DNA of 32,000 nt, from assembly GCA_019056805.1 (NCBI GenBank), contig DXJG01000004.1, forward strand, positions 1 to 32,000. Direction: 5' to 3'. The position numbers and the translations under genes were made by a program. Below are positions 1 to 8,679 of this stretch, in pieces; position 1 is the stretch's first letter, and every line of letters begins with the position of its first letter. Below the pieces are notes generated by a model, which did not search any database, was not told where the DNA came from, and saw only the letters and a program-made list of their open reading frames with translations. Source of the DNA: Candidatus Baldrarchaeota archaeon (GTDB taxonomy: Archaea > Asgardarchaeota > Baldrarchaeia > Baldrarchaeales > DXJG01).

Positions 1-252
1 TATGAGGATTTCTCTGCAAGTTTTCGCTAAGTTTTTTTATTGATTCTAAGATTTCATCTTCATTCTTTCAATCCTCTTTTATGAGGATTTCTCTGCAAGT
101 GGGGTTGGATGATTGTTGAGGAACCTCCGATGATTGTGCCTTTCAATCCTCTTTTATGAGGATTTCTCTGCAAGTAGTTCATCTGGGAAGTATGTTCCTA
201 TTTCTTGTAGATTTAATCTTTCAATCCTCTTTTATGAGGATTTCTCTGCAAG
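1..252 (-). CRISPR. CRISPR array, leader-proximal end; continues beyond the left window edge. 35-bp repeat CTTGCAGAGAAATCCTCATAAAAGAGGATTGAAAG (minus strand)
   Basis: Identical repeats at 65-99, 140-174 and 218-252 plus a partial copy at 1-20. Unique spacers at 21-64 (44 nt), 100-139 (40 nt) and 175-217 (43 nt). The minus-strand repeat ends in the canonical ATTGAAAG handle and has a 7-bp stem (AATCCTC/GAGGATT, 6-nt loop). Adjacent to cas1-cas2-cas4. Confidence 0.98.
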
Positions 253-716
253 GCGTCATAGAGATTTATCTTTTTACTTTATATTATTTATTGTTTAGAT
301 TTTTATGTATTGTGTGTTGGAACATTTTGCTAAGACTTGTATCCTAATAAAATTGTACCAAGTAGTGTTTTTGTTAGTTTTTGTCTTTACATAGATGTAT
401 CTCAAAATTTTATCTTATTTTTTCGAAGCTACTTGGTCATGATGTTTCTTTGCCTGATATTTCATTTATTTATTGCTTTGTCTTATTTTCTTGGTTTTAA
501 GTTTGATTTTTATTTTTTTCTCTATTTGTATAGCTATTTTTTGTATGAGCTTTTGCAAGTATTTACGATTTTTGTTCTGTTCTTTTTTGCTATTTTGTTC
601 GGTTATTCTATAGTTTCTGGGCATTATATCACTATTTTTACATTATTGTTCTAAAATGGAACTATATTTCACAAGGTTTATAAGTTCAATGATACACTTT
701 TTACACGGTGGAGTGA
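253..716 (-). promoter_or_regulatory. CRISPR leader with putative TATA box (TATAAA at 278-283, minus strand); probably also holds the divergent promoter of the adaptation operon
   Basis: Very AT-rich, no credible ORF, directly abuts the terminal repeat on the side predicted by the ATTGAAAG orientation; TATAAA lies 25 nt upstream of the first repeat. Left boundary is firm, right boundary uncertain. Confidence 0.75.
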
Positions 717-1625
717 ATGTTAAAGGCAAACATATTCCACCAAGATACGATTTTTCAGACAAGCTACTTAAATCAATTGAGTTATTTGGATGGATATTTC
801 GTTGTTTCGGGTTTTTCTTGGCGACCTCTCTTCGGGGAACATATGCTTTTCTTAGAGTGGAATTCTCCTGATGGAAGTGGATGTTTCCCTATGTTTGGTG
901 AACATTACTTTAAGTTTTCTAGGCAATTATATTGTAGGTGGTGTTTTTCTAAACTAGCAAAGATAGCTAGTTCGTTAAAACTATGTTCCAAGTGTTTGTG
1001 TAGTCCAAGAGGGATTAAATTTCGATGTAGTGTTGAAGGATGCGGTTCTCCTTTTAATGTAACATGTTATGGTGAGCCTATTTGTGAAGACAGTATTTCA
1101 AAGCTTTGTTATGATAATCACGTTATTTATCTAGCTAGTTTTGGTAGTATCATCAAGATTGGTGTGTCTCGAGAGAAGAGAGGTGGTTTAGATGGTGGTT
1201 TCATTTATAGATTGTTAGAGCAAGGTGTTGATGCTGCTGTTGTTTTTTCTGGCAATTTGCCTCTTTGGGAAGCTCAAGAATTAGAGTTAAAAATCTCTGA
1301 AGAATATAGTATTCCTCTTAGCTTAAATTTTGAAGAAAAACTTGAAGAGTTAATGAATGGTGGGAAAATTCCTTTTGACAAACTCTTGAAAACGGCATTG
1401 GAAATTAAAAATGATTTAAATGGTAAAGTTGATATTATTTGGAAGAACAGCTTTGATTGGGGAAGTGGGCCGCAAGATTTCAATGATATTTTGCGAGGAA
1501 CTGAAATTTTTGGAGATTTGGTTTATGCTAAGGGCAACATTGCTTTCTTTGATTTTTGCGGTGAGATATATGTTTTAAATGTTAGAAATCTGTTGGGTAG
1601 AGGTATTGTGTGCTGGGAGGTTTAA
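717..1625 (+). CDS. DUF2797-like protein (Cys-rich N-terminus; GIY-YIG/T5orf172-like motif)
   Basis: 302 aa with GGTGGAG RBS. Multiple CxxC/Cys motifs (CRWC, CSKC) followed by HVIYLASFGSIIKIGVSR...RLLEQGVDAA, matching my recollection of the DUF2797 pattern H-V-Y-LA...KVG...R..QG..A. Stop is 3 nt before the cas1 start. Confidence 0.65.
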   Translation: MLKANIFHQDTIFQTSYLNQLSYLDGYFVVSGFSWRPLFGEHMLFLEWNSPDGSGCFPMFGEHYFKFSRQLYCRWCFSKLAKIASSLKLCSKCLCSPRGIKFRCSVEGCGSPFNVTCYGEPICEDSISKLCYDNHVIYLASFGSIIKIGVSREKRGGLDGGFIYRLLEQGVDAAVVFSGNLPLWEAQELELKISEEYSIPLSLNFEEKLEELMNGGKIPFDKLLKTALEIKNDLNGKVDIIWKNSFDWGSGPQDFNDILRGTEIFGDLVYAKGNIAFFDFCGEIYVLNVRNLLGRGIVCWEV

Positions 1626-1628
1626 GTA

Positions 1629-2666
1629 GTGGTTGTGGTTTTAATTGATGAACCTGGATCTTTCTTGGGGAAGAAAAGTAAAAGAATTGTGATAAAGAGA
1701 CCTCAGAAGAAGCCAAGAGAAATACCAGTCGTCAAGATTAGTGAGGTTATTATCTCTACTAAGGCTTCACTTAGCACTGACGCAATAAGACTTCTCGCAA
1801 ACAACAACATTCCCATATTGTTTATTGGTAGGTATGGTCCAGTTGCTTTATTACATCCCTTTTTCATGCATGGAACTGTTTTAACCAGAAGAGAGCAAAT
1901 GAAAGCCCATGATGATTGGAGAGGTCTTCACCTAGCTAAAAGTTTTGTTAAGGGAGGAATGATAAACAAAGCAAGATTACTACAATACTTTGCGAAAAGT
2001 AGGAAGAGGACTAATGAGGAACTTGCATCTAAGCTTGTTAAAATATCTGAAGAAATACTTTTGAAAGTTGAGAAAATTGAAGAATTGGACGGACTACTTT
2101 GGGATGTTAGATATAAACTTATGGGTTTAGAGGGAGAAGCAACGCACATATATTACGAAGGATTAGCTATGCTTATCCCTAAGGAGTACGGATTTAAAGG
2201 AAGGGAAAAGAGGCCTCCTACAGATCCTGTAAATGCTGCTTTAAGTTTTGGATATACAATTTTGAATGGCAGAGTTTTATCAGCAATTGCTAGATGCGGT
2301 CTTGAACCTTTCGCTGGTTATCTTCACACTGATAGGAGTGGGAAGCCTAGTTTGATTCTTGATCTTTCAGAAGAATTTAGACAACCCATAGTGGATAGAA
2401 CAGTAGTTTCAATTTTTTCGAAAAGACAATTAAACAATGAAAGTGAATTTACGTGGGAAGGTGGAAGAGTCCTTTTCTCCGAAGAAGGAAAGAAAAAATT
2501 CCTTGAGGCATTAGAAAAACAATTTCGATCATTCACAAGGACACCTACTGGTGCTAAAACAAGCATGGAAAAAGCAATATTCCACCAAGCTAGAAACATG
2601 GTACGTTTTCTTTTAGGTAGAATCGCAAGTTATGAACCTTATATATGGAAATGGTGGGATACCTAA
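1629..2666 (+). CDS. cas1: CRISPR-associated endonuclease Cas1
   Basis: Motifs LMGLEGEATHIYY, DPVNAALSFGY, GLEPFAGYLH, LDLSEEFRQPIVD; GTG start with GGGAGG RBS. Confidence 0.98.
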   Translation: MVVVLIDEPGSFLGKKSKRIVIKRPQKKPREIPVVKISEVIISTKASLSTDAIRLLANNNIPILFIGRYGPVALLHPFFMHGTVLTRREQMKAHDDWRGLHLAKSFVKGGMINKARLLQYFAKSRKRTNEELASKLVKISEEILLKVEKIEELDGLLWDVRYKLMGLEGEATHIYYEGLAMLIPKEYGFKGREKRPPTDPVNAALSFGYTILNGRVLSAIARCGLEPFAGYLHTDRSGKPSLILDLSEEFRQPIVDRTVVSIFSKRQLNNESEFTWEGGRVLFSEEGKKKFLEALEKQFRSFTRTPTGAKTSMEKAIFHQARNMVRFLLGRIASYEPYIWKWWDT

Positions 2667-2948
2667 ATGCCCCTCTGCATAGTAACCTACGATGTACCAA
2701 GTGATAGTTTACGAACACAAATTGCACATAAATTACAGGATTATGGTTTAGATAGGTTACAATTTAGTGTTTTCCATGGATTTCTAACTAGAAATAGAGC
2801 TGAGGAACTAGCTTTAGAACTTAGAGAGCTTATAGGGGAAGATGAAGCTGATGTAAGAATATTTTTCCTATGTGAAAAATGTCTAAGAAAAACGATTATA
2901 GTTAAAGAAAGATATCCTCTAGAAGCCGTGGAGGCTGTAATAACTTGA
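2667..2948 (+). CDS. cas2: CRISPR-associated endoribonuclease Cas2
   Basis: 93 aa with IVTYDVPSD, RLQFSVF and DVRIF motifs; immediately after cas1. Confidence 0.97.
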   Translation: MPLCIVTYDVPSDSLRTQIAHKLQDYGLDRLQFSVFHGFLTRNRAEELALELRELIGEDEADVRIFFLCEKCLRKTIIVKERYPLEAVEAVIT

Positions 2949-3541
2949 ATAAACCTGTTAATGTGAAGTTAAAGCCTATTTTTACAGCTGAAGACATAAG
3001 ACAGTACTTTTACTGTCCTCGAATAATATACTTTAGATACGTACTAAGAGCAAGAGTAAGTGAAACCGTAAAAATGAGAAAAGGCAGAGAAATTCACAAA
3101 GAAAAATACAGATCTAAAAAAATTGAAATAGATGGTGAAAAACAAAAATATTTTAATGTATATTTGTTGTCCGAAGAATATGGATTAGCAGCTTTGATAG
3201 ATCTCCTTATTTACGATGGCGAAAATATAGATGTCGTTGAAATAAAATCTAAAAAGACTGGAAATTTCAAATTTCTAAAACATCATAAAATGCAACTAGT
3301 TGCACAAGCAGTCCTAGCTGAAAAAGAACTAAGGAAAAATGTCAGAAAAATCGGTGTACTTTACGATGATGTAGATAAAATAACATGGTTCGAAATAAAT
3401 GATTCAGACAAGTTGGAAATTTTTGAAACACTTAAAAAAATAAATGAGATCGTGATTTATGAAAATATTCCAAATCCAGCAAAGAATACAGCTAAATGCG
3501 TAGATTGCGAATATAAGTATTTGTGCGAAGACGCAACTTAA
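2945..3541 (+). CDS. cas4: CRISPR-associated exonuclease Cas4
   Basis: QYFYCPR plus C-terminal KCVDCEYKYLC (four Fe-S cysteines); RecB-like motifs LIDLL, VVEIKS, QLVAQA; TTG start overlapping the cas2 stop. Confidence 0.96.
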   Translation: MNKPVNVKLKPIFTAEDIRQYFYCPRIIYFRYVLRARVSETVKMRKGREIHKEKYRSKKIEIDGEKQKYFNVYLLSEEYGLAALIDLLIYDGENIDVVEIKSKKTGNFKFLKHHKMQLVAQAVLAEKELRKNVRKIGVLYDDVDKITWFEINDSDKLEIFETLKKINEIVIYENIPNPAKNTAKCVDCEYKYLCEDAT

Positions 3542-3594
3542 TTTCACTTATCTATGGCCTATGTTTTGATTGAAAAATATAATAGGTCCTAATA

Positions 3595-4266
3595 TTAGTT
3601 TTTCTCATAAGAAGTCTTACTTGATTTTTCTGTTAAAGCCAATGCTAGGGGTCTTAACTTATATTCAACTCTTCTGCCTGTTTTTCTCTCTATCACATAT
3701 CCTTTTTCTATTAATCCTCTAATTCTTTTGAATAGCGTTGCTTTGGGTATTTCTAATTCTCTGCTTAGTTCTGAAAGTGTGTAATGTGGAAATTCCCGTA
3801 GAACTCCTAATAATTTGATCTCAGTGCTAGTTAACGGTTTTAACACGAACAGTTCTATCGGAAAACGGACTGGTTCTGCTAGATTCTCGGGATATAGCTC
3901 TAGATATATTTTGTAGGGTGGAAAAACGTATAATACGGCAGCTAGGGTTTCTAGTATTAGTAGCCTCATTCCCCCGCTAAGATTCACGTAAACATCCTCC
4001 GTTTCTCTATATTCGAAAAGTTTCCTAACGATGTCTCCTATGGCTTCTTCTGGATTTGTAACGTCAACTTTCAATACGGTTATTTGTACGTCTTCAAAAA
4101 ATCGAGTAATGAAGTTTCTAAATTCATCTTCTGCGCGTTTTGACTTTTCATCTTCCTGTAAGGGTTTTAGAATTAGAACGTGGTCTCCAACCTTTGGCGT
4201 GGTCTTCATAACTCCCTTTATTTGAAATTTAACATCATAACCAAGAGTTACTATTAAAAGTTTCAT
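3595..4266 (-). CDS. csa3: CRISPR locus transcriptional regulator Csa3 (CARF plus C-terminal wHTH)
   Basis: N-terminal TLGYDVKF, CARF motif VNLSGGMRLLIL, C-terminal HTH LSELSRELEIPKATLFKRIRGLIEKGYV. Confidence 0.9.
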   Translation of the reverse strand: MKLLIVTLGYDVKFQIKGVMKTTPKVGDHVLILKPLQEDEKSKRAEDEFRNFITRFFEDVQITVLKVDVTNPEEAIGDIVRKLFEYRETEDVYVNLSGGMRLLILETLAAVLYVFPPYKIYLELYPENLAEPVRFPIELFVLKPLTSTEIKLLGVLREFPHYTLSELSRELEIPKATLFKRIRGLIEKGYVIERKTGRRVEYKLRPLALALTEKSSKTSYEKN

Positions 4267-4267
4267 G

Positions 4268-5026
4268 TTAATCTACCCTGATGTTATTTAAGAATTCCAT
4301 AAGTTCATTTCTAGCATCTAAAATATCATCAGGATGCGGAAGATCTCTAAGAAAGATTGGCATCCATCCTGCATCTTGGCAGTTACCTCTATTTTTTGAA
4401 GCGGTTATATTATCACATAAAGTTAAAATTCTCAGAAAAATTATTGTATTTAAATAAAGATTTAACCCCTTTTTGAAGCTTTTTAACCTGTCATCAAGTT
4501 GTTTAACTAATGGAACTATATCTTCGTTGAATGTTAGAGAGTTTGGAAGTAATTTTACATTTATTATGTTAATATTCCACTTCTTGCAAAGGTAAGAAAT
4601 CAAGCTTTTAAGGTCATTGGAGTTTCTCAAGTTTAATTCTTTTGGAGCCTTAAATTTATCCCAGGAGCGTATGTCTTTAATTAATCTCGGACCTCTCATA
4701 GCCATATGATGCCAGATTATTGATAATTGTATGGTATCTCTTAGGAAAATATCGATATTTAATAGCACTTTTCCAGCTATAGCAGCTGAGTAATATTCAT
4801 GTTTTGGAAAACCTCTATTGGTTTTAATTCTTTCCTGATATTCGTCGTATCCTTTTGCGACGTCATGAAGAAGTATCATTGCTTTTAGTGCTTCCTCTGG
4901 GTTTTTTATTCCTGTCCGCTTCTTTATAAATGTCATGTATTTTGTATTTACGAAGTATTTTTGAAATACCTCTATTCCTACATCTAAATGTTCGGAAAGA
5001 AGTTCACATTTAGCTGCTAACACCAT
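4268..5026 (-). CDS. cas3'': Cas3'' HD nuclease (split Cas3)
   Basis: Motifs EHL, LLHDVAK, KHEYYS, IIWHHM, LTLCDN; overlaps the cas3' stop. Confidence 0.93.
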   Translation of the reverse strand: MVLAAKCELLSEHLDVGIEVFQKYFVNTKYMTFIKKRTGIKNPEEALKAMILLHDVAKGYDEYQERIKTNRGFPKHEYYSAAIAGKVLLNIDIFLRDTIQLSIIWHHMAMRGPRLIKDIRSWDKFKAPKELNLRNSNDLKSLISYLCKKWNINIINVKLLPNSLTFNEDIVPLVKQLDDRLKSFKKGLNLYLNTIIFLRILTLCDNITASKNRGNCQDAGWMPIFLRDLPHPDDILDARNELMEFLNNIRVD

Positions 5027-6716
5027 ATGCCACCTTTTGGTAAAGCTTAGTGTCTATCTGAACTCCGAGAACGCCCAAATGAACCATATAAATTTCAGGA
5101 AAAGTTAAAGTTAGCATTTTTTTCAGAGTACTATAATCATCAATCGACATAATTGTTCTCCCCTTGTAAACAAGTAATTTAACGTCGCCTGTTTGTAATA
5201 AACGTTTTATAAACCTTATTGTGGCAGGAAATCCAAATTTTGAGAGATTTTTAATAAATTCCCTTTCTTCGAGATTTAATTCTTCGTTCCATACAAGGAC
5301 ATTAATAAGTTTTGCTTCCCTAATAAAGCCTTCTCCAAGAACTTCGATGATAGCATCTTTAGAACTGGAAAAAGGATTTAACATGTGCCTTATTTTGCTG
5401 GGTTTTGGGAACATCTTTTCGTGTACATACACCCTATCTATTAATTCTTGATAACCCAGTCCTTCCTTAGTTCTAGGGATTCTCCACCAAACAGTATTCT
5501 CTTTTTCTAAAATTTTTAATGTGTTCAGCGTTAAGTCTAATGAATAGACGTGATATTTATCGCTGAAATTGTTGAAACTATTTTTGTCAAGTAAAATAGT
5601 AATTTCTCCAAATTCTTCTTCAAATCTCGCAACTCTGCCAGCGCGTTGAACTAAAGAGCTAGCTGGAGCTATATCTGTTATTAATATCTGAGCTGATATA
5701 TTTACCCCAGCTTCTATAACCTGAGTAGAGACTATTATCCATTCGTTTTCCTTTAAACGTTCTATAGCACGTTCTTTATCTCTCGAAGTTAACTTTCCGT
5801 GAAGGAGAATGGGCGATAAACCCTTGCGGATTAGGGCATTATAAACTCCTATAGCTCTATCAACTTTATTTAAAACAACAAGAATCCTTTCATAACTACC
5901 ACTTTTCTCTAAAACCTTTTCAACAATCGAGGTTATTTCATTAACTTTTTCTATTCTAGTTTTTATTTTCTTCCCTCTTTCTATTGCCTCAAACTCCGGA
6001 TCTTTATAAGTTTCCCCATATATAATATTTGAGTAGGCAGTACCTGTGCAATTACTCACATTGATCATAAAGTCTCTCAGGAATTTAGGAAAAGTAGCTG
6101 TCATTATTATTGTGGGTATTTTACTCCATGCTAGGAAGAAAAGTAGAGACGCTAAAGCGTCACGAGAAGAGGGTGAATCAAGAAGAATCTGGGGCTCATC
6201 TAATATTACTGTTGATTCCAGTATTGCGCCTCGTGATACTTCGTAATGTCCGTAGTTAGTCCATTCACTACTACGAATTATCTTAGTGGCTTCGGCTGGT
6301 GGAAATTTCATCAAGTGCATTGAGAATGTATCGAACGTGGTGAATATAAGGAGCTTGTTAAGGAAGGGACTGCCTGGAACGTACATCATTTGTTTTGCCG
6401 TTAATTTCAATACTTTCGATAAACCTATGTTCTTAATATTACCAATAAAGTTGGAGTAGGCGTCTTCAATAATACTTCTAAGGGGAAGGACATGTATTGT
6501 TCGTATACTGTTCTCCGGGTTAAGGATATTGTAAAGGCCAAGGGAGTAAACTATAGAGGTTTTTCCATAGCCAGTAGGTAACTGTACTGCAAGCATGTCT
6601 CCCTTAAAGTTTTCCAATACCGTTGGAATAATTTGGCGTTCACTACGCTTCGAGTAGAATCCGGACAATACCAGTGATTTATACACATCAGATGGACTAA
6701 TCTGATAACGCATCAT
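5010..6716 (-). CDS. cas3': Cas3' SF2 helicase
   Basis: Walker A LPTGYGKT, motif II ILDEPQ, MTAT, LLHGK, STQVIEAGVNI, QRAGRVAR. Confidence 0.96.
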   Translation of the reverse strand: MMRYQISPSDVYKSLVLSGFYSKRSERQIIPTVLENFKGDMLAVQLPTGYGKTSIVYSLGLYNILNPENSIRTIHVLPLRSIIEDAYSNFIGNIKNIGLSKVLKLTAKQMMYVPGSPFLNKLLIFTTFDTFSMHLMKFPPAEATKIIRSSEWTNYGHYEVSRGAILESTVILDEPQILLDSPSSRDALASLLFFLAWSKIPTIIMTATFPKFLRDFMINVSNCTGTAYSNIIYGETYKDPEFEAIERGKKIKTRIEKVNEITSIVEKVLEKSGSYERILVVLNKVDRAIGVYNALIRKGLSPILLHGKLTSRDKERAIERLKENEWIIVSTQVIEAGVNISAQILITDIAPASSLVQRAGRVARFEEEFGEITILLDKNSFNNFSDKYHVYSLDLTLNTLKILEKENTVWWRIPRTKEGLGYQELIDRVYVHEKMFPKPSKIRHMLNPFSSSKDAIIEVLGEGFIREAKLINVLVWNEELNLEEREFIKNLSKFGFPATIRFIKRLLQTGDVKLLVYKGRTIMSIDDYSTLKKMLTLTFPEIYMVHLGVLGVQIDTKLYQKVAYGVSS

Positions 6717-7908
6717 AAATACCCTTCAACAAGTCATTATATTTTAATGGTGATTTTTCAGGAGTAATTCTAGCCATTAAGTAGACTAATTCCTCGGGCC
6801 TACGAGAACCCACTATGGATTGATACAGAAGTTGTGTTATACGATAACATGTCATGTAGTCGCCATACATTCTCGAACAGTAGTCTTGTTTCCCGCTTGA
6901 AAGTCTTATAGTACAGAATAAGAAATTTATTAGTATATTTAGTACTCTTTCTGGATCATTTGTACAATTGGCCAGTTTGTAGGCAAATTTCATTACAGGC
7001 TCCACATTAATGCCTATTTTTTCAAGCATAGTGAAAGATTTTCCTGTATAAAGTATCCTGATAACATTGTAGGAAGGTATCTCAAGGATCCCCTTTTCAT
7101 GATAATCTAAATATGTTTGAAGACCTAAAAGCAAAATATAGGCTACTACTGGTGAAGGTCGTACCCTAACTTTGGAGATCACATTATATATTCCTTTTTC
7201 TCCATAGAAGGCTTTGCTGACCCTCCCTTCTCCCGTTAAAACTTTTACATGTTCTTTGAAATTGTAATCTTCCAAAGCTTTTATGAAAACGGATTCGGGT
7301 AACGGAGACAAAATTATTTCTCCACCAGCGTAATAACCGTAGCTGAGCGAAAATCCAGCCAATACTAATGCCATCCACTCCCTGCTCATTTTATAGTCAA
7401 ATTTAACGGTAAAAGTTCCAAATCCCTTTCCGTATTCATATTTTTCTATTTTAAATGGCTGGAGGTTTGTATACTTTCCATCTCCAAGTTTAATATTATC
7501 TCCCTTCACCTTAATTATCGAAAGTTGGTCTATCCATCTTTCCCCATTTTTAACGATATCATCTTTAGCCCATTGAATCATGTATTTAATATATGAAAGA
7601 TAATCCCCATTGGGGACTTGTATACCTACTGCTTCAAATATTTTATTTAATGTTTGTTTGTCGTTTTTATGAATACCAGGAAAATATACTCCTAACTCTT
7701 CTTTTAATGCAATATTTTTCAATGATGTTTCAAACATGTCCTTCAAAAATGATATAAAGAAATTTTCACTGGTTTCGACCACCAATTCGTTGCCATTATA
7801 TTTTACGTCCGCATTGAAATATTCATAATCAGTAAACACTGAAAGAGAGCTAATTACTAGATCTCTTACTATGGATCCCTCTGGGGGGATTATAATGACC
7901 CATTCCAT
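6697..7908 (-). CDS. cas8a: Type I-A Cascade large subunit (Cas8a/Csa4-like)
   Basis: About 400-aa ORF between cas5 and cas3' in canonical I-A order. The segment LQPFKIEKYEYG resembles Csa4/Cas8a2. Start placed at ATG 7908 (GGAGGT RBS); the ORF track extends it to 7923. Assignment is mainly by synteny. Confidence 0.75.
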   Translation of the reverse strand: MEWVIIIPPEGSIVRDLVISSLSVFTDYEYFNADVKYNGNELVVETSENFFISFLKDMFETSLKNIALKEELGVYFPGIHKNDKQTLNKIFEAVGIQVPNGDYLSYIKYMIQWAKDDIVKNGERWIDQLSIIKVKGDNIKLGDGKYTNLQPFKIEKYEYGKGFGTFTVKFDYKMSREWMALVLAGFSLSYGYYAGGEIILSPLPESVFIKALEDYNFKEHVKVLTGEGRVSKAFYGEKGIYNVISKVRVRPSPVVAYILLLGLQTYLDYHEKGILEIPSYNVIRILYTGKSFTMLEKIGINVEPVMKFAYKLANCTNDPERVLNILINFLFCTIRLSSGKQDYCSRMYGDYMTCYRITQLLYQSIVGSRRPEELVYLMARITPEKSPLKYNDLLKGIYDALSD

Positions 7909-7913
7909 AACTG

Positions 7914-8669
7914 TTACCTCCAAGGAACAATTATATCGTCTCCAGCTTCAAGGGCAGTATATTCATCTTTGAGTTCTACCTGAACTTTAGTACTTTCCAA
8001 GGCATCCCAATCGTATGGAAAGACTATGGGGATTTTAGGTGCCGAGGTATAATCTCCAATTGGAGTAGAAGTCCAATCTACTACATTAAAGATTGAAAAT
8101 ACTCCGTTTACTCTTTTTGAAGCTCTTAAAGGAAAATAGAAACTAGTTTCTACCGTCCTTTCTTTTCGATATTTAATTGTACCATACTCAACTTTACTAA
8201 CTGATACTATAGATTCCCGAGCCCCTATACGGCATATACTCCATGCTGAATATATAAGATTCTCGAGCCAGTCGTTACCTAGGAGTTTCTCGGCTACTTT
8301 ATCCTCGAAAATATATATGATTTCTAAACATCCCGTAGCTACCGTATAAATCTTACCAGTAGCTACGGCATCAGTAATGATACTTTTTTCTCTTAATTTA
8401 TAAGAAACTACTCTGCTTAAATCATTATATTCAAGTAATGGGATATCCACTTTCAGATGTATGTTCCTAAATAATTTTCTTATTCTTTCGGCGCTACTGT
8501 ACTCTCCATACACTTCACCTTTGTTGAGATTAAGACCGTAAGCCAGTGCTCCGATTAAAGTCGTGGGGGGTATTATTTTAAGAGCTGGTCTAGACTTGGT
8601 GAAACCATGATAATTGAGCAAGAATCCCCAGTGAGGTCTTAAAAAAATTTTAAGGTAGTAAAGCGCCAT
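7914..8669 (-). CDS. cas5: Type I-A Cas5
   Basis: RPHWGF and IIPPTTLIGALAY motifs, C-terminal G-rich RIGARES loop; ATG 8669 preceded by GAGGAGG. Confidence 0.93.
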   Translation of the reverse strand: MALYYLKIFLRPHWGFLLNYHGFTKSRPALKIIPPTTLIGALAYGLNLNKGEVYGEYSSAERIRKLFRNIHLKVDIPLLEYNDLSRVVSYKLREKSIITDAVATGKIYTVATGCLEIIYIFEDKVAEKLLGNDWLENLIYSAWSICRIGARESIVSVSKVEYGTIKYRKERTVETSFYFPLRASKRVNGVFSIFNVVDWTSTPIGDYTSAPKIPIVFPYDWDALESTKVQVELKDEYTALEAGDDIIVPWR

Positions 8670-8679
8670 AAAACCTCCT

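Noticed and set aside
175-217. Spacer peptide LQEIGTYFP resembles LKEELGVYFP in Cas8a (possible self-targeting)
   Set aside because: Nucleotide identity is low with mismatches throughout; not a protospacer.
466-624. 52-aa Lys/Ile-rich minus-strand ORF in the leader (MPRNYRITEQ...)
   Set aside because: No clear RBS or recognisable motif, and expected by chance in A-rich sequence; cannot be excluded without ribosome profiling.
156-654. Plus-strand ORFs 156-347 and 337-654 that look like membrane proteins
   Set aside because: They run through the CRISPR repeats and the T-rich leader; the Phe/Leu richness is a composition artefact.
3542-3594. GATTGAAA and a weak hairpin between convergent cas4 and csa3
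   Set aside because: Too short to call a degenerate repeat; at most an ordinary bidirectional terminator.
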